From NCBI GenBank assembly GCA_977030845.1, contig OZ365118.1, forward strand, positions 15,314,001 to 15,378,000: a stretch of 64,000 bases of DNA. The letters run 5' to 3'. This DNA is from Fimbriosthenelais zetlandica (taxonomy: Eukaryota). The notes under the pieces are model-generated. The model made no database searches. It worked only from the letters and a program-made list of their open reading frames with translations, and was not told where the DNA came from. The position numbers and the translations under genes were made by a program. Numbering within the stretch: the stretch's first letter is position 1; each line of letters starts with the position of its first letter. Positions 11,201 through 25,239 of the stretch are shown one piece after another.

Positions 11201-14200
11201 TAATGAAAACTATTTTCACTGGATCCATTTCAAATGGGTCAGCTCTGTGCAGGGGCCTGTGTCAAGTTCCGTTTTCAGATCTGCCAAGAAATCCTGTCCA
11301 GTTTTTATCTTAAAGCTTTAAGCCCTTTACTTGCATAATTCCTCTGTGAATTATATGGAATTAAAGATTAAGATAAATGTTCAATTTTTGATGGAATCAC
11401 CAAATGTTTCAGATTTACCCAACCCGAATACAACAAACCTTTCTGGGAACTCCATTGGTTCATTCCCATTGCAGCAATGGCAACTGTGTTGCAATTGATA
11501 TTGCAGGCTTGCCATAGAATTGCTAATCGCCCAAATAGATTTCCTTGTAGCACTGCCACCTGCAAGTTCTTGCTTTATCGACTCCCACTCCATTGATGCA
11601 ACGTTCTAGCCATCCAACTGTTCCCAGAAACAGTTGCAAACGGTTGCTAATGAAATAATAACACAGAGGAGTTAGCTGATTATCACAGCCATCTCTGTTA
11701 ATCTTTCACTTGTTCAAGCTTGTGTTCATCAATTTTCACTGGTGTAAATTAGGGGATTCTGTCCATTTATTTTACTGGTGGAAACATTTTATTGGGAACC
11801 TCTATAGTTGACCGTGACCTCTGTTCCGCCTCTGTTGACACAATAGCTGTCTAATTGGTTGTAATCTTGTTAATTGTCCATTGGATTGATTAATATGGAT
11901 GAGACAGCTTTTAAGAATTATTTCCTCTGGTGCCTATTACCCCGGAGTCCTCCAGGGAATCCCCAATCTGTCACGTTTGAGAGGTCATAAAGAGAAAGCT
12001 CTAACGACTGCTTCATCGTCCAAACTGAATTGAGTGAAAATTCCTCAACATTTGTCTTGTCATTTCTCCCTCGACGGTTCATTTAGACCCATAAGCAAGT
12101 CCGGGCTAATTAACTTTCTAGGCGGAGATGCTTGCGAGAAGCATTACCTCGCGCGAATAGCACATAAGATCCTGATTAATTAAATGATCTCTAATTAAGA
12201 CACTAATGACTGGGACGGTGTCACTGCATCCGATTTCACCAGGTGATTGACCATAATGTTCCCCGTCTCATGTATGACTAAATGAACGCAGCCCTCAGAT
12301 ACAAGTTATTGTTGTTTAAATGATAAAACCATCTCTGCGGCGTAGGAAATCAAATTAAGGATTTGGATGTCGACCGCGCAGCATTTGCGAGTTTTCTTGC
12401 AAAAGCCTGCTTGACGTATATATGTATTGCTCATATTCGCAGGCGGGCGAAGAATACAAATGCTGTAATGAGAATTAAAATGGAGAAATTGAGAAATTAC
12501 ATTCAGGAGGCTGGTGCATTTGATGCTAATTGCAATGTCTAATTACTCAAAGGCATTTAAATCAAGGGCCTGTTTCAAAGGCCATATAGTCTTCATTTAG
12601 TCCTCACATAATTGCAATAGGCAGTGCATCTTTCAACTGAAACAGCTCCCTGGCTTGTCCTCCACTTTCCTTCTAGTCCTGAGAACTATTGCTGACAATG
12701 TAATATAAATATTCCAACATCACTAGTTTCAATTCCGAAACTACCCAATAAAGAGATGTTACTTTGATATTAGTGGGAAATCCAATGCTACGTTTATGCA
12801 ATTTGAAGAATAAGTTCATCATTCAATGAAGCTGAATATTATTATGAGGATTGTGTGGACAAGCTTCAAGCTTGAGTCCGCCTGGCGTGAGAGGTCATAC
12901 ACTACGAGCCTATGAAGTATATATAGAGAGGCAGATCTAACTGAAGCGAGGATCAAGCAGATCCATTTGTCTCCTGATTGCCTTCATCTAATCCGATGGC
13001 TTTGTGTCCCAAGGAAGGATGGCATGTAAAAGTGCGCTTAATAGAGGCCAGGCAGGGGACAGCCAGCAGGTTCAAAATGTCAGCGCATAGGTCGAAACCT
13101 CAATAATGCTCGGCATATAAGCACTAACCTTTGATAGCCTAGAAACTCGTCTGAAATGACTGCCCATATCTGATGATGATGAAGAACCATTATATCCACC
13201 CGACTTTTAATCACCACTTTCAATAGCTCGCTGCTGTTTGAACCGGGGCCTCTTCTTAATGTAGTTAATTGGCGATCTGACCAAAAGCATTTAGGGTTGG
13301 TCAAAGACAGTGGAGGCAATAGGAGCTTCAAAAGACAGACAAATTTGCATAAGGCTGAATGTCAGAGGATATTTTTTTGCTAAGATGGCGTTCATGATAT
13401 CGCTGGCAGCGTGGCAATTATCGCCTTTTCGAGGCCCTTGTTATCAGGGATAGTCGCTGTGTCACACTCAGGCGTTAGACAGGCAATGCCGCCTGCTCTG
13501 TCATTTCTAAAATTGGCATTGTTTTCTACCAGATCCTTCAGAAGTTGAAATCGTTTGAATTATTTGAAATGAGTGAAGGTTTCGCCAGAATGGTAACTAG
13601 TCCTTTAAGTTTTCTTTCATGATGCTCAGAAGTCGGAGCCGTATGGAGTTAAAACCTTTTGGGCATGGACTGAATGTTGGTCGATGAAGTACGCTTTGTG
13701 TAATTATTTCTTTGACCAATTATGTAACGGGACTATTACGTCTGGTAATGATCTGCGAAGAATTTGTCCCCGCTACGGACAATTAACAGCCTCTGTTGTC
13801 CTTTTTTTGTGGACTATCTAAAAAAAAAATCCATCTAGATGCAGATTTTTTGAAAAAATCAAAGCTTTAGAATCTTGCATGCATGCATGAATGCATGGAT
13901 CATTTTCCTTAATAAGTTTTTGCATGCATGATCCTTCTAGAGTTTTTTCCCCATACAAAGTGTGCTTTGAAAGAATGCGAAAACTCAGTTTAAATTTGTG
14001 GAAATTCCAATTGTGCAGTTACTTTGCTGCGTTGACAGACTTTCACCAGTTATGATGAAGCAAGTCTTCATGCTGTTAAATCCAATTAACTTTTAGAATT
14101 CAGCTTCATGCTCTCCTTTGAGTTCCATGTCACTGAAAGACCTGCTTTATCTCATGTTAAAGTCAAATAGAAAAACAAGCCAGCACCGGCAGCTAGGGGA

Positions 14201-17200
14201 GCGACAGGCACAAGGAGTACAACAAATTGCTTTATGGACTCGGCACAATCTGATTCTGTTTGAACCAATTTTATAGGACCCTGCCTAATCATCACGGTCT
14301 CTTCCGGCGGAAATAATAGACTCGTCAGAAGCTTGTCAGAAAACAATGCAAAAATCCCGCCCTGACTTCACTCAGATTGAGTCGTTCCGCAAAACGCCGC
14401 TTGTATCAACAGCGCCGCGGCCGTCAAGGGAAAAGCATCCTGACAGCGCTGTAGTTAAGACGATTAGAAAACCCTCTTAATTTCCTAGTGGAAAAATCGG
14501 CAAGAATCACATGGAGGATCCAGTATGAAAATGCCATTTTAACGACGCCAAAGCCCGGTGAAAGTCCTCTCGCGGGGAATCCGTCTGTATTCTTGCTCGC
14601 TCCCCCGTTCATTTGCTGTAAGAAAATAAACGATAATTGGAAAAGACCAAATCGACTTGCCAACTCTGTTATCGGTTCAGAACATGTTTACCTTTTTGAT
14701 GGCACGGTCCGATGGAATTAATTATTCATTCACCATTTCATCCCGCAAAAAGAGTAATCGCAGGGGGATGGGCCTTTTCAAGTAAATTAGAGAGAATATA
14801 ATGATAAAATTGGAGCATCTCCGAGAAGTTGCTTTATTAAAAGTCACAAAGCGCCTACAAAGCAGCTGGGGGAGAATGGCGGGGAGCATGACAATGGAGA
14901 GGTAATTAGTGGAAGGCCACAGACTAGTCCCTGTGTTAGACTAATCACTGCCACACTATTACGTCATTTAACTTGAGATTTGCCCCTCCTATGATCACGG
15001 ATTACACGCTAAGATGATGACAATACCAACAACCCTTGTCATTTGCTACCGATTCAATGAGGCAACATTTGGAGAACTTCTTCTTGTTCTTAATCACAAC
15101 TTCCTATACTGATTTCAGCCCCGTCTCCACTCGGGCGATCATCCAACATATCGGCTGATCAGAAACGATAATATTTAAAACGTTTATCTCTTGGAATTCA
15201 ACCGATTCAAAAGCGATCTGGTGAACTCAAGGCAATCCCCACCTTCACTTAATGGTGACATTGACTGCTCCGATTTTAAGCCGATTTTGCAATCAGCAGC
15301 TAGGTCCAAAAACTGACAAAGTACGTAAAAATCGAATCCGAGTGTGTTTTGAAATTTGTGTGCTGACCACAAAAGTCTGGACACTGTATGTCAGATTATA
15401 ACTGTCGATCCATGAATAAGACTCAATGAAAATCGCTTCAGAAATCAGCATAGTTTAGACCATGCATCTAAAAGTCACCTCAAGCGATTCATGAGTGAGT
15501 GAGCAATAGATGATGCGAGTCGATATCACTGCGGGGACAGGGGGAGGAACATGGAGCTGATGAGCAGCTCACGAGTTACTCGTTAAAGGTAAAAAAACGA
15601 CCGTCTGTAATAGATTTCTATTGTTCCCCACCCCCCTCTCCCTGCTACAATGCCTCACCAAGCCTTTTAAGTGAATATCAATATCCTCTTTCTCGCCCAT
15701 GTCCTCTTGGGTTATCAAAAGTTTCCTCTGTAGATGAGTCATCTCCTCACTAAGGTAACCTCGTTTGTAAGGTCTGCAATGACAGCCACAACGAGTCTTC
15801 TCTCTTGTAAATATTGCCTTCCCCTTTCTCAGTCCCCAAGAGCATGAGGCCAAATAAAAGAGCCAATTTGACAGCAATGGACAAGAAGAGAACCTCATTT
15901 GATAGGTCCATATTGTGTCCTTTCTGAAAAATGTCAATGTTTGCAAAGTTATTACAAAATCTAATCTATGAATCCAGACTCCCCTATGTATTAATTATAG
16001 AACAATTTTCCATCAAATTTTAATCTTCTTCGCCCTTTGTAGCTCCTGTTTAAATACATTCAATAATCCCAAATACAAAAGCTCTGCAAATCAGAAGGTC
16101 CTATTGAAGTCAAAAGGACAAATTTTAACTTGGAAATTTCACTGAAAGTCACATTTTCCTAAAAATCAATGGGTCTTTTACAAATTTTAAAGGGATAGTG
16201 GGTCGGGTTATGGGAAACGGCAGATTTGTCCTGGCCTTACCTGAACCAATATCCCCAGGCGATGAAGCCCTGAATGGGCAACACACCATCTGTTTATGGC
16301 CGCGATGATCAAAATGGAAATTATTATTAATGTAACCATCATATTTTGATGGTTGGTTGATAAATTTCTCCACATGTTTTCTCTGCTCAGAGGAGATGGG
16401 TAATCTATTCCAATTAACAAAATGTGACACTATTTGAAGTCCATCATAAGAAAGCCCGATGGGGATATAATGATTTCCTTTGTCAATCATTAAAGAGTTT
16501 CTTGATTACAATAATGGCCAATCTGTGTTTCTTATACAAATTTTACAAATTAATCATGCATGATTTAAAATAATATTATAACAATTAGGTCTCATTTTAT
16601 TATAGAACAAACAAATATACTCTTAAATCCTTCCGTTGAATAACACACTCATAGGGAAAATTGGAAATATTTTTATTTTTTTAGCTTTTGATGTGCGCAT
16701 CCCATTAGTGTTTTACCTTGTTTCAGGACTTTCAGGTCTCATTATCTTTTTATGTCTTTAAATGTCGCCAACCTTTCACATACTATTGAAAGTCCCACAC
16801 TGCACAAACTTTTTAAGCCTTCTGTTGTTTAAGCTTTCTATGTACACAAAATAGTTGCATACAATGCTTCGAGGAAATCTGTTCAAAAACGAAGCCCAAA
16901 TGAAAGATCACGCATTTGTTCTTAAGCCAAAATACCCAACAGCATCTAGCCTAGTTCATGGAAAGGTTTCCAACCGAGAAAGAACCTATTCCATCTACCT
17001 TCAAAACAACTTTTTCCTCTGGCTTTCAATACAAAACAACCTTGAAATGTAAATCAAAATCCAGCAGTAGTCAGCCATGGGCAGATAAAGTTCTCCGTCT
17101 CCCTGCCGCTTTCTAATTAAACTTGCCTACTGGCATAATGGCCGTATCTCCTCCACCTATCGGAATAGAAAGGCGAAGAAATTGCTACACCACAAGCACA

Positions 17201-18212
17201 TTTTTTCCCCTTTAAACCCGCTTCAGCGGATAAAATCCATTCCATGTAAACCCAAGTGTCTTTTCTTCGTTATAGAAGAAAGATAAGTGCAATCATTGGC
17301 ATCCCGCCTTTTTCCCAGCATGGTAAGTGCGTGTCCGGATGCTCTTGCAATACCACTAAAATCCACTCTCAAACTGAAGCGGTATTCATGGCGGATCGAG
17401 CGCCGCCAAATTGCATGGAGAGCGATATTACGTGTCAAAAGAATCGCAGCGACTACGGCCATGAGGAGCGTATTAGGGCAATAGATAATGATTAATGAGC
17501 CCCCACTACTGACACATATGGACGTCCACATCGAGGGTCCTGCCAGCCCAGGGTGTGGTAATGTCCATAGAAAAAAGACCTATTGCCTTTTCAGTTACTG
17601 AAGTTGGACACTCGCACCCCACCAAGACCCTGTTTAGTTTCGTCTCGGGCTGCGCCTTGCCAGACCCCACTCTGGAGTGCAGCAGGCTCCTGAGAGGAGG
17701 AGACAAGCAAACCCATGGGGTTCTCTTCAATGGGCTTCTGCTGGACAGGGGTTCTGGTGATTCTATTTGGGACCTCGTATCAACTCCGCCTGGCAATGCG
17801 TTTAAGGCTTTTTTAAGCCTTCTCCTCATTATTGTTTTACAAAGAGATTTGCATTACCGCAATGCCTTTGCAATGTTAACTTTCTTTCCTGAAGAGGGCC
17901 GTGAGCTTGATGCAAAATAAAAGTTTAGCGATAACTCCTAGGGATTAAAGTATTATGAGTGACTTAAGGTTTAAACCCTGCATCGATCTTGGCACTCAGG
18001 TCCATCGCCAAGAGCAATAATTGGTTTTGACTGGAACCTAAAAGGGAAATATATACAAGACTGGGCTGACAACAAGCCGGCAATGCAATAGACACGCGGC
18101 TAAACGGGTTAGTGCCCAGCTGGAGAAAAAGCACGGGCAAGTTTGAGGAGGAATAATTCTGAATTCTTCTACAACATTTATCCCATCTGTCTGAGGAATT
18201 ATCTCAGGCTTA

Positions 18213-18449
18213 TGCCTTGAACAGACCAGAGTGTTTTTGCGGTTGCGCTCTTCGCACGGGCGATTTTTTTTTTATAGACGCACCCTTTTGTCTGTCTCTT
18301 TGTACCACTTCTGTGCCTACATTAAGAGAAATCATTGTCTCTGTGACTCGTTTCTAAAATCTAATCTGAGCACTCGATTACTGTCATTTTTGAAGTTGCA
18401 TGACAAGAAAAACCCGCGCAAAAAAGGCGTACTTAGTCTGTTCCAGTCA
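18213..18449 (+). mobile_element. MITE family 1, copy 1 (PIF/Harbinger-like)
   Basis: TIRs TGCCTTGAACAGAC / TGACTGGAACAGAC (12/14) with an exact TTA duplication at 18210-18212 and 18450-18452. Homologous to the copies at 20204 and 45943. Confidence 0.8.
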
Positions 18450-20203
18450 TTACACAGACATGATGAGGTGGTGGGGTGTTGTAAAACCAGGATACCCTCA
18501 CATCTCCCTCACCCTCCCCAGGTCCAAACCAGGCTCCCTCTCATATGCAAGAAGCATCGCTCTTACAATAAAGATAGCATCCCCCTTCCACCTCCAACCC
18601 CACCACCCACAAATCCATGGCCTGGCCTACATTCTCTTCACCCTCAACTGCTAGCAGACCACCCAGGCCATAAAAACAGTCATGAATATGTGATAAAAGA
18701 GAAACACTGTATTAACGATGCCCTACTTATACTCTTCCCTCCCTTTCTACCCAAGTCCGTGTCAGTTGCCAGTTGAAATCGATCCCCCGCTAAGAAAACT
18801 CGACACGGAAATAGAGGGAAAGGAATATCGACCACATATTGATTAGCCGACTCGGCGAAAAAGACCTGTGTTTTCGGAATCTGTACAAACATGAGGCATC
18901 TCGCCCATTTTCTCTCCCTGTCTCCCACGTACTTCCTCTGCCCTGGGCTAAACACAAGCTCGTCTGGTCACAGACTCTGATGTTGCACAGCCTATAACCT
19001 GTTGAGGGTTGGGGGGATAGAGATAGCCTGGTGGGTGGTGGGTGGATTGGGGTTCTGGACTGCCAAGGTGATGATCCCTTGGCATGCCCCGGGGTGGAAA
19101 GGTCCAAGAGACAGGATTTGAACCTTAGTGGACTGGAAATGGTGGGCAGGCTACAGGGCTTGTTTGACAAGCAGGGCTTGGCCTTGAGGGAGTGGAAATG
19201 CAAAACAACATGGAAGGGACACTGAAGGGCATTCCTTGACCATTTATCAAAATGGTCACTGATATCAGCCATCTTTGTGAAAATGTGAATTCTATGTCTT
19301 TAGATTATCTTTAAATTATCTTTTAAAGGAACATCTGATGCCTGCAGCTCTATACATATCAAGAACCCTTCAACCCTCGCTCGAAATAGTCCCAGAAATC
19401 AATAAGTAACCTGTGTTCATAGCTTAATACGTCTGTTTACATTCTGTATATAGCTTTAGCCAGATAAAAAAAATCCATTAACTGAGGTCTTTCTTGGGTT
19501 CATTGTATGAACATAGTAAACCCCCATCTGAATGTATGTGAGCTGTACCTTTGATGTGCACGTAAGGGAGGATCTTATGAATGTATCACAGCGAGGACAA
19601 AGAGTTCATAGAAAACATGATCATAAACTCACAGTACTAGACACACAGCAAATGTACCTTCACTCCCTTAACACAATTCCTGCCATCACTGTATGGGAAT
19701 TATGTTGAGTAAAGAACGTATTAAGGCAATGGACAACAACAAAAGTTTTTCTTGACAATCTAAATATATTATTTATTTTGATCCCTGTTAGATTATGAAA
19801 CTAGTTTATTAGTTCATAGATTATGAGACATAACCTGATCCTAACTCAATGAATGATTCATACTGAGCAATGAATCCACCACCTGTTTAGAGACCTTCTT
19901 TGTATAGGATCCATCTAAATACAGACCATTTCTGACAACAAACCTCTTGATATATATGCTCACAGTATAAACGTGATTGCTTCTTGCTTCTTGATGGCCG
20001 CCATCCAAATTATACATCAGCATTCAAGTGCTTCCTCAATTCACCACCTCAGATCTTGATTGACTCAATAGAGGAAGCTTTGATGCAGAGAATAATATAA
20101 ACTTGCCGGCTGGCCTATACACTGCTTATAAATGATATGTCTGTGACAGGGGTATTCAAGAGGGAACTCTCTTATATACCTTGGTTCCACTCTAACCCAA
20201 TAA

Positions 20204-20290
20204 TGCCTTGAACAGACCAGAGCGTTTTTGCGGTCGTACTCATAGCACATGTGAATTCTGATAGACATCCGCCTTGGTCTCTTTGTAAGA
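20204..20290 (+). mobile_element. MITE family 1, truncated copy 2 (left end only)
   Basis: TAA|TGCCTTGAACAGACCAGAGCGTTTTTGCGGT matches the left end of 18213 and the reverse complement of the end of 45943-46156. No right TIR found, so the right boundary is approximate. Confidence 0.7.
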
Positions 20291-20365
20291 TCTGTAAGAG
20301 CTTTCACTCCTGTGAAATTTTTGGCCTGTTGGAGATCCTACATTATTAGTTATGGGATATATTCA

Positions 20366-20571
20366 CTGGGGATCTTTTGCCTTGCAAGTGTTGCCACTTT
20401 GTTGCGGCTAGCCCAATAAGTAACCCTTGTGACTCACTTTTCTATGCATGGCCTCAACTGCCACATCTGCCAAACCATTGCCAAATAGAGCACAAATAGG
20501 CACCCCTTACAAATAGCAAGACCCTGCTAGTGCTGTTACCCTCGTCGCAGATGCGGATCCAGTGGAGCTAC
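20366..20571 (+). repeat. Dispersed repeat, copy 2
   Basis: Same blocks as 3077-3325. Lies just downstream of the truncated MITE at 20204. Confidence 0.7.
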
Positions 20572-21854
20572 TCCATCTCTTGCCATGGATTAGTTGAGAC
20601 CCTGTATTAGTTATCAAGCTCTGGCTGGATTGGTTTGTAATAAAAGCTCGCGGCCCTCACTAATTAGATGAATCTGGTTCCATCTATCTCAGCTGGCGCT
20701 TGATTAATTAGCCGGGATGAGCCATATGTAAAATGACTGTATGTATCTTCATTGCTCAGTCTTTAGCAGGAGTTGCTCTGAGTAATATGAACATGATTGG
20801 TGGAGATGTATATGGGGAGTTGATCCACTGGGGTCTTGAGGGGGTAAGAGACCCTCCCTAAGAGCAGGACGTTTAAGATTCTATCATTGTTTTTGTGCTG
20901 CTTTAATTTTGTGATGGTCCCGTATGCTTCTCATAGGAGATGCCTTAATATATGGTTAAAAATTACAATTCCTTTAAGAAGTAATATTTTTTATTGGGGT
21001 GGTTTTAGATTCCCTGCCATTTCATAGATGTATTTAGAGAGGGGTAAAGATAGCCTATACTACATAATATATTGGTCAAATGTCAAGTTGCTATGATCAC
21101 CCTTTGATTTATCCTTGCAGAATGAAAGCCTAAAAACGGTTCGCTGATGTCTGTAGACCTGTTTGTGATGTGAATACATGCGATTTTCCAGAGTGCAGAG
21201 GTCACCACTGCACAGCTGATCGATCTGCACAAAACCAGTCCCATCCACCAAGAACAGACCAAGAGGTAAGTCCTAGTATGAATTTAGAGGACAGAAGTCC
21301 ACATTAGAATGATACAATTCGTGAATTCACTCATTCTGGCCATTGCTATGAGCGTATATATAAGACTTCAGTGACACTTCCCCCAAAACCCTACATATAG
21401 GAGTGATCAAACTGGCATTCAAAACAATCTGAAACTTATTCACTTGGTCGATCGATACATAGATTTGGGTACCACCTGCATATACAAAAACCTACACTCA
21501 CTGCCCTTTCAAGAAAGAACAATTTATGCTGACAAACAAAAACTGCACAGATACATTGATTATACTCATACAATCTAAAAGGTTAGCATATAGCAGCTAT
21601 GAAACCAAACAATACTTTTTCTTTGTATTTTCTGTATGATGTGAATTGGAAAGTTCTGTCTCTCACAATTTCTCTTTGGGTGAAGACATCTTTATAAAGA
21701 GGTCATATACCTCGTATTTATATATCAAAGAAAACTTTATGGCGATTTGGGAATGTTTTACTTGATGTTACATTACATACCATATTATTGAGTTGTGAAT
21801 GACGTAGCTTTAACCCTCAAATACACCTGGTGAAGTCTTTGAAATAACTACATT

Positions 21855-21876
21855 TGAATGAATGAATGAACGAATG
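21855..21876. repeat. (TGAA)n microsatellite, possibly a SINE tail
   Basis: TGAATGAATGAATGAACGAATG followed by TTTGAACGCCAGGCCAGCAAC. The SINE-tail reading is only a recollection of similar invertebrate SINE ends. Confidence 0.7.
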
Positions 21877-22530
21877 TACGAAAAGAAATATTTGAACGCC
21901 AGGCCAGCAACATAACTGCGCATTTCTAAACTACAATGTCCATAATATATTAATTAATGATCGCATGGCTTTCAGCCATTATGTAAATTTGTGAGCAACT
22001 CGTCCTTGCTTATCAGCTTTGAGTGCACATTTTACTACTGATTGAACCACTACTTAAAACTTCTATCTTTCACTACAAGTATAGTCGGGTCTATGCCTAT
22101 TCCTACCTATACCAGTCCAGTCTTTCTGATTAAAAGAAAGGGGCACAGAATGGCATGCTGGATACCCAACCCTGATGAATAATTGACAGATCAAGGCCTA
22201 TAATATGGCCATGTTGCTTGGTATCCACTTGTAAATCATTGTTATTGTTCCTTCCCCTGAAAGAGCCTTGATTTGGGCCTACAAGGGCTGGAATTAGACT
22301 GTCAATACTTGCGAACTAACCCCCTCTTAGCACCTGGGCCTTTGGTCTTTGCTCTATGATCCAGGGTGATTTGTTGAGGGTGATGGAGTGTGCCCCTCCT
22401 GTTTGACCAGTTTCCCTCTTGGAAATACCTCCATGGCATGAAAGGCGTACATAAGAACGCCTCCTCTCAGTGCAGGCCTCCGTACCTGACAGATCCATAG
22501 ACTAACTAATCACTCCTTGATTTCCTATTT

Positions 22531-22889
22531 GAATGGAACTGTATAGGTGGTGTACCTTCTTTCAGACTTCTTGGAATGAATCGTTTACTTTGAAACATTC
22601 AGTCAAGTCTTTGATATATTTTCGAAAGAAAGATGGCTACAAAATGGCTGCGGAAATGCATAGAATTGTCTCTCTTTATAGAAACTTTTTCTTAATAATT
22701 TATAGGCTATTTGAGCTGTAGGCTTGGGCTACTTAAAACTCAAGAGTTGATTCTGAATGTTCTAACCGTTGCTAGAAAGTTATACTATAGGTTAGAACTA
22801 CATAATTAGTTCTCAAGAGTAGATTTTGAATGCTCTATCCCCATGTTCTTTACCCCACAAGTTTATTTCAATTATTTCGAGTTCCATTC
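22531..22889. mobile_element. Probable non-autonomous DNA-transposon remnant
   Basis: 10-bp inverted ends GAATGGAACT / AGTTCCATTC, an internal 26-bp direct repeat (22739-22764 and 22812-22837, 23/26) and tandem AAGATGGC/AAAATGGC. No TSD seen. Confidence 0.35.
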
Positions 22890-23358
22890 GGCATGCATTG
22901 AGCTCCAATACGTTCGTGATTTAGATTCAAGCATTGCTCCTTCATTGGGTAAGTTTCCCCATCAAGTAGTACACGGAAATGGGGGAAACGCTCGGGTTAC
23001 CGCTGGTGCCTGCTAGAATGCTGAAAACCTTTTTATTTGCTCTTACAAAGCAATTTATCTATTAGTGTCCACATACAATATCACCTTACACCCGCACCTG
23101 ATCCACAGGCCATCAGAGCAGACCTATAGCAATATACCGTGCTTCTAAAGTAGAACCTCACATAACAGTCACCTCACTAAAGCGGTCACATTGCATGACG
23201 GCCATGTTATGTTTGGTCCCATTTATACTATTATATTTATTATGTTACTATTATGTCACATATATAGGCTAGAAAACCTTGTGACCATAGGTGTCCGTAA
23301 TAGTGAGCTTCTACTGTATTTCATATTTAATAATAATTATATTGTTTGTAACGTCGCT

Positions 23359-23484
23359 TCTGATTGGTTGACATATTCTGCATTGACCAATCAGAGAGTC
23401 CTACTCTAGCCACTTCCGGTCAGCGATGTAAACATTAATTAGCGGAGAAGCTACGGAAGATTACGGAAGCTACGGAAGATTAAG
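23359..23484. promoter_or_regulatory. Promoter-like cassette, probably transposon-borne
   Basis: Inverted CCAAT arms TCTGATTGGT (23359-23368) and ACCAATCAGA (23386-23395), ACTTCCGG (23412-23419), GTAAACA (23428-23434), and a 19-bp duplication carrying three CGGAAG cores. Confidence 0.35.
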
Positions 23485-25134
23485 AGACTATTTCATCATG
23501 TTTTGAGGTAAAATTTTGATATAAACATGGAATACAACTCCACATTAATCTGCTCGAGCTGATGGGTCGCACTTGGGGTGACAAAAACGCAGATATAATC
23601 GAGAATGGCGAAGCCACCACATCTTACCACGTGCGCCCCATCACCTCTCACAGACCAATGTTTCATTGTATTCCATGTAAGTATTTCATGTTTAATATAT
23701 TCACTAAATTGGTCACCTCGCATAAAGACCTGAATATTTGTGACCAAGGGCGACCGTATAGGTGATGTTCAACTGTACACACATAGACCTAGCCATACAT
23801 AGGGTGGGGTCCTTAATCTATCCCAGTCCCCTGCCACACGCACTCTCCACCTCCTTAGTGGACAACAAAAGAAGAAAGCGCCTGAAACAAACCCCTCGAG
23901 TATTGCCAGCCCTTAGATTACACTTGATAAGATGCTCTAATGGAGTGGCCAGGCTGGGAGGAGCAGATACCATGCGATAACACGCAAACCGCGCTCCATG
24001 GACAAGGTGCCTATAGACACCCTGCCAGAAGAGTCTGATTAGAAGGCGCTTTGTTCAGACCATGTTTGTGCTGGCACCTACAAACAGCCATGGAATTAGA
24101 CTCTTACCAGGTCCCCTCCAGTCCCCCCATGGCTTCATTTCATGTCTGGGACTGATATATCAAGCCGAGGAAAGAGTGGAAAAAAGCATCACTGCTAACG
24201 CTTAGAGTAATTCACGCCTCCAGAGCCGGGCCCAGCTTCCCGCTGCCAACCTATTGAGCCTTAGAAGGCCAACTTGGGAGGACTTCTGCCATGCTACTTG
24301 TGGTCTAAAGGGAACAAGGTGCTCCGCCATGGCATGCAATTCACTCTAATGTATTTTGGTAGGCCTCCAGTTGAATGAATGGGAGATTTCAACGGAATTA
24401 TTCATGGGTAATCAGGAAATTCTTCTTCTTCACAAGGCCACTCTGGACTTGGCTGATAAATCATTTTGTTTTCACTGCGAGCCCAACACCACCCGGAGAG
24501 AGAATTATTTAAAACTCCAGTATGAATAGTGGATCATTAGTGTTTCTTGCACTCTATTTATGGTGGTTTCTTTACGGGGACTTTAACTGATTGCTTGAAG
24601 TAGCTCTCCTCTTCTCTCCTACCATCAATGCATTTATCATTCAAACATATCTATGAGTGAGGATGGACGAACCAACGCATGGTCCTCTCCCTCCCTCAAC
24701 TATCCATTTGTCACACTCGACACAAAACCTTAATGAGAAAGATCCACTTGCTCCCCTCCCCCTAGGGATTTACCATTGGTTTTATCCAATATTGGTGTTG
24801 GGGATTAGGCTTATAGGATTTAAGCCATAGATCTTATCAAGGTGGCACTGCATGATAACATGGGGATACGGGGGAAAGCTGACCTAGATAACACCTGTAC
24901 TCACCCTGATATTACACCTGTGGAGTGTTATAACGGCCACCACACACGCACATAGGTCACAGCCACGTGTGTGGGACACTCTGACCTTCCTGCCCTCAGC
25001 CCCCTGCTTCATAAGAAAGATACATGTGCTGGGCTATAACTCATAAAATGGCCCTTGTATGGCTAATGTAGTTCTAAGCGCTTTGTTATCAAACATGACT
25101 GGACATTAATAAGATATTCATTCTTACTTTCTTT

Positions 25135-25239
25135 CTCACTCATCCACCATTCATTTGCTCACTCAATTGCTCAAGCAATGGCTCACTTGCTCATTTGCTC
25201 ACCCCATCACTCACTCACCCCATCACTCACTCACTCACT
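25135..25239. repeat. Degenerate (CACT)n tract with a 16-bp duplication (CTCACCCCATCACTCA x2)
   Basis: Direct reading. Confidence 0.85.

Noticed and set aside
11655-11705. TATCACAGCCAT at 11681 resembles the 5' end of miR-2/miR-13
   Set aside because: The local fold puts the seed in the loop and the 3' half does not match, so it is not pre-miRNA geometry.
14152-14346. Minus-strand ORF with a hydrophobic TM-like end
   Set aside because: Short, with no supported splice context or recognisable domain, and downstream of the predicted poly(A) site.
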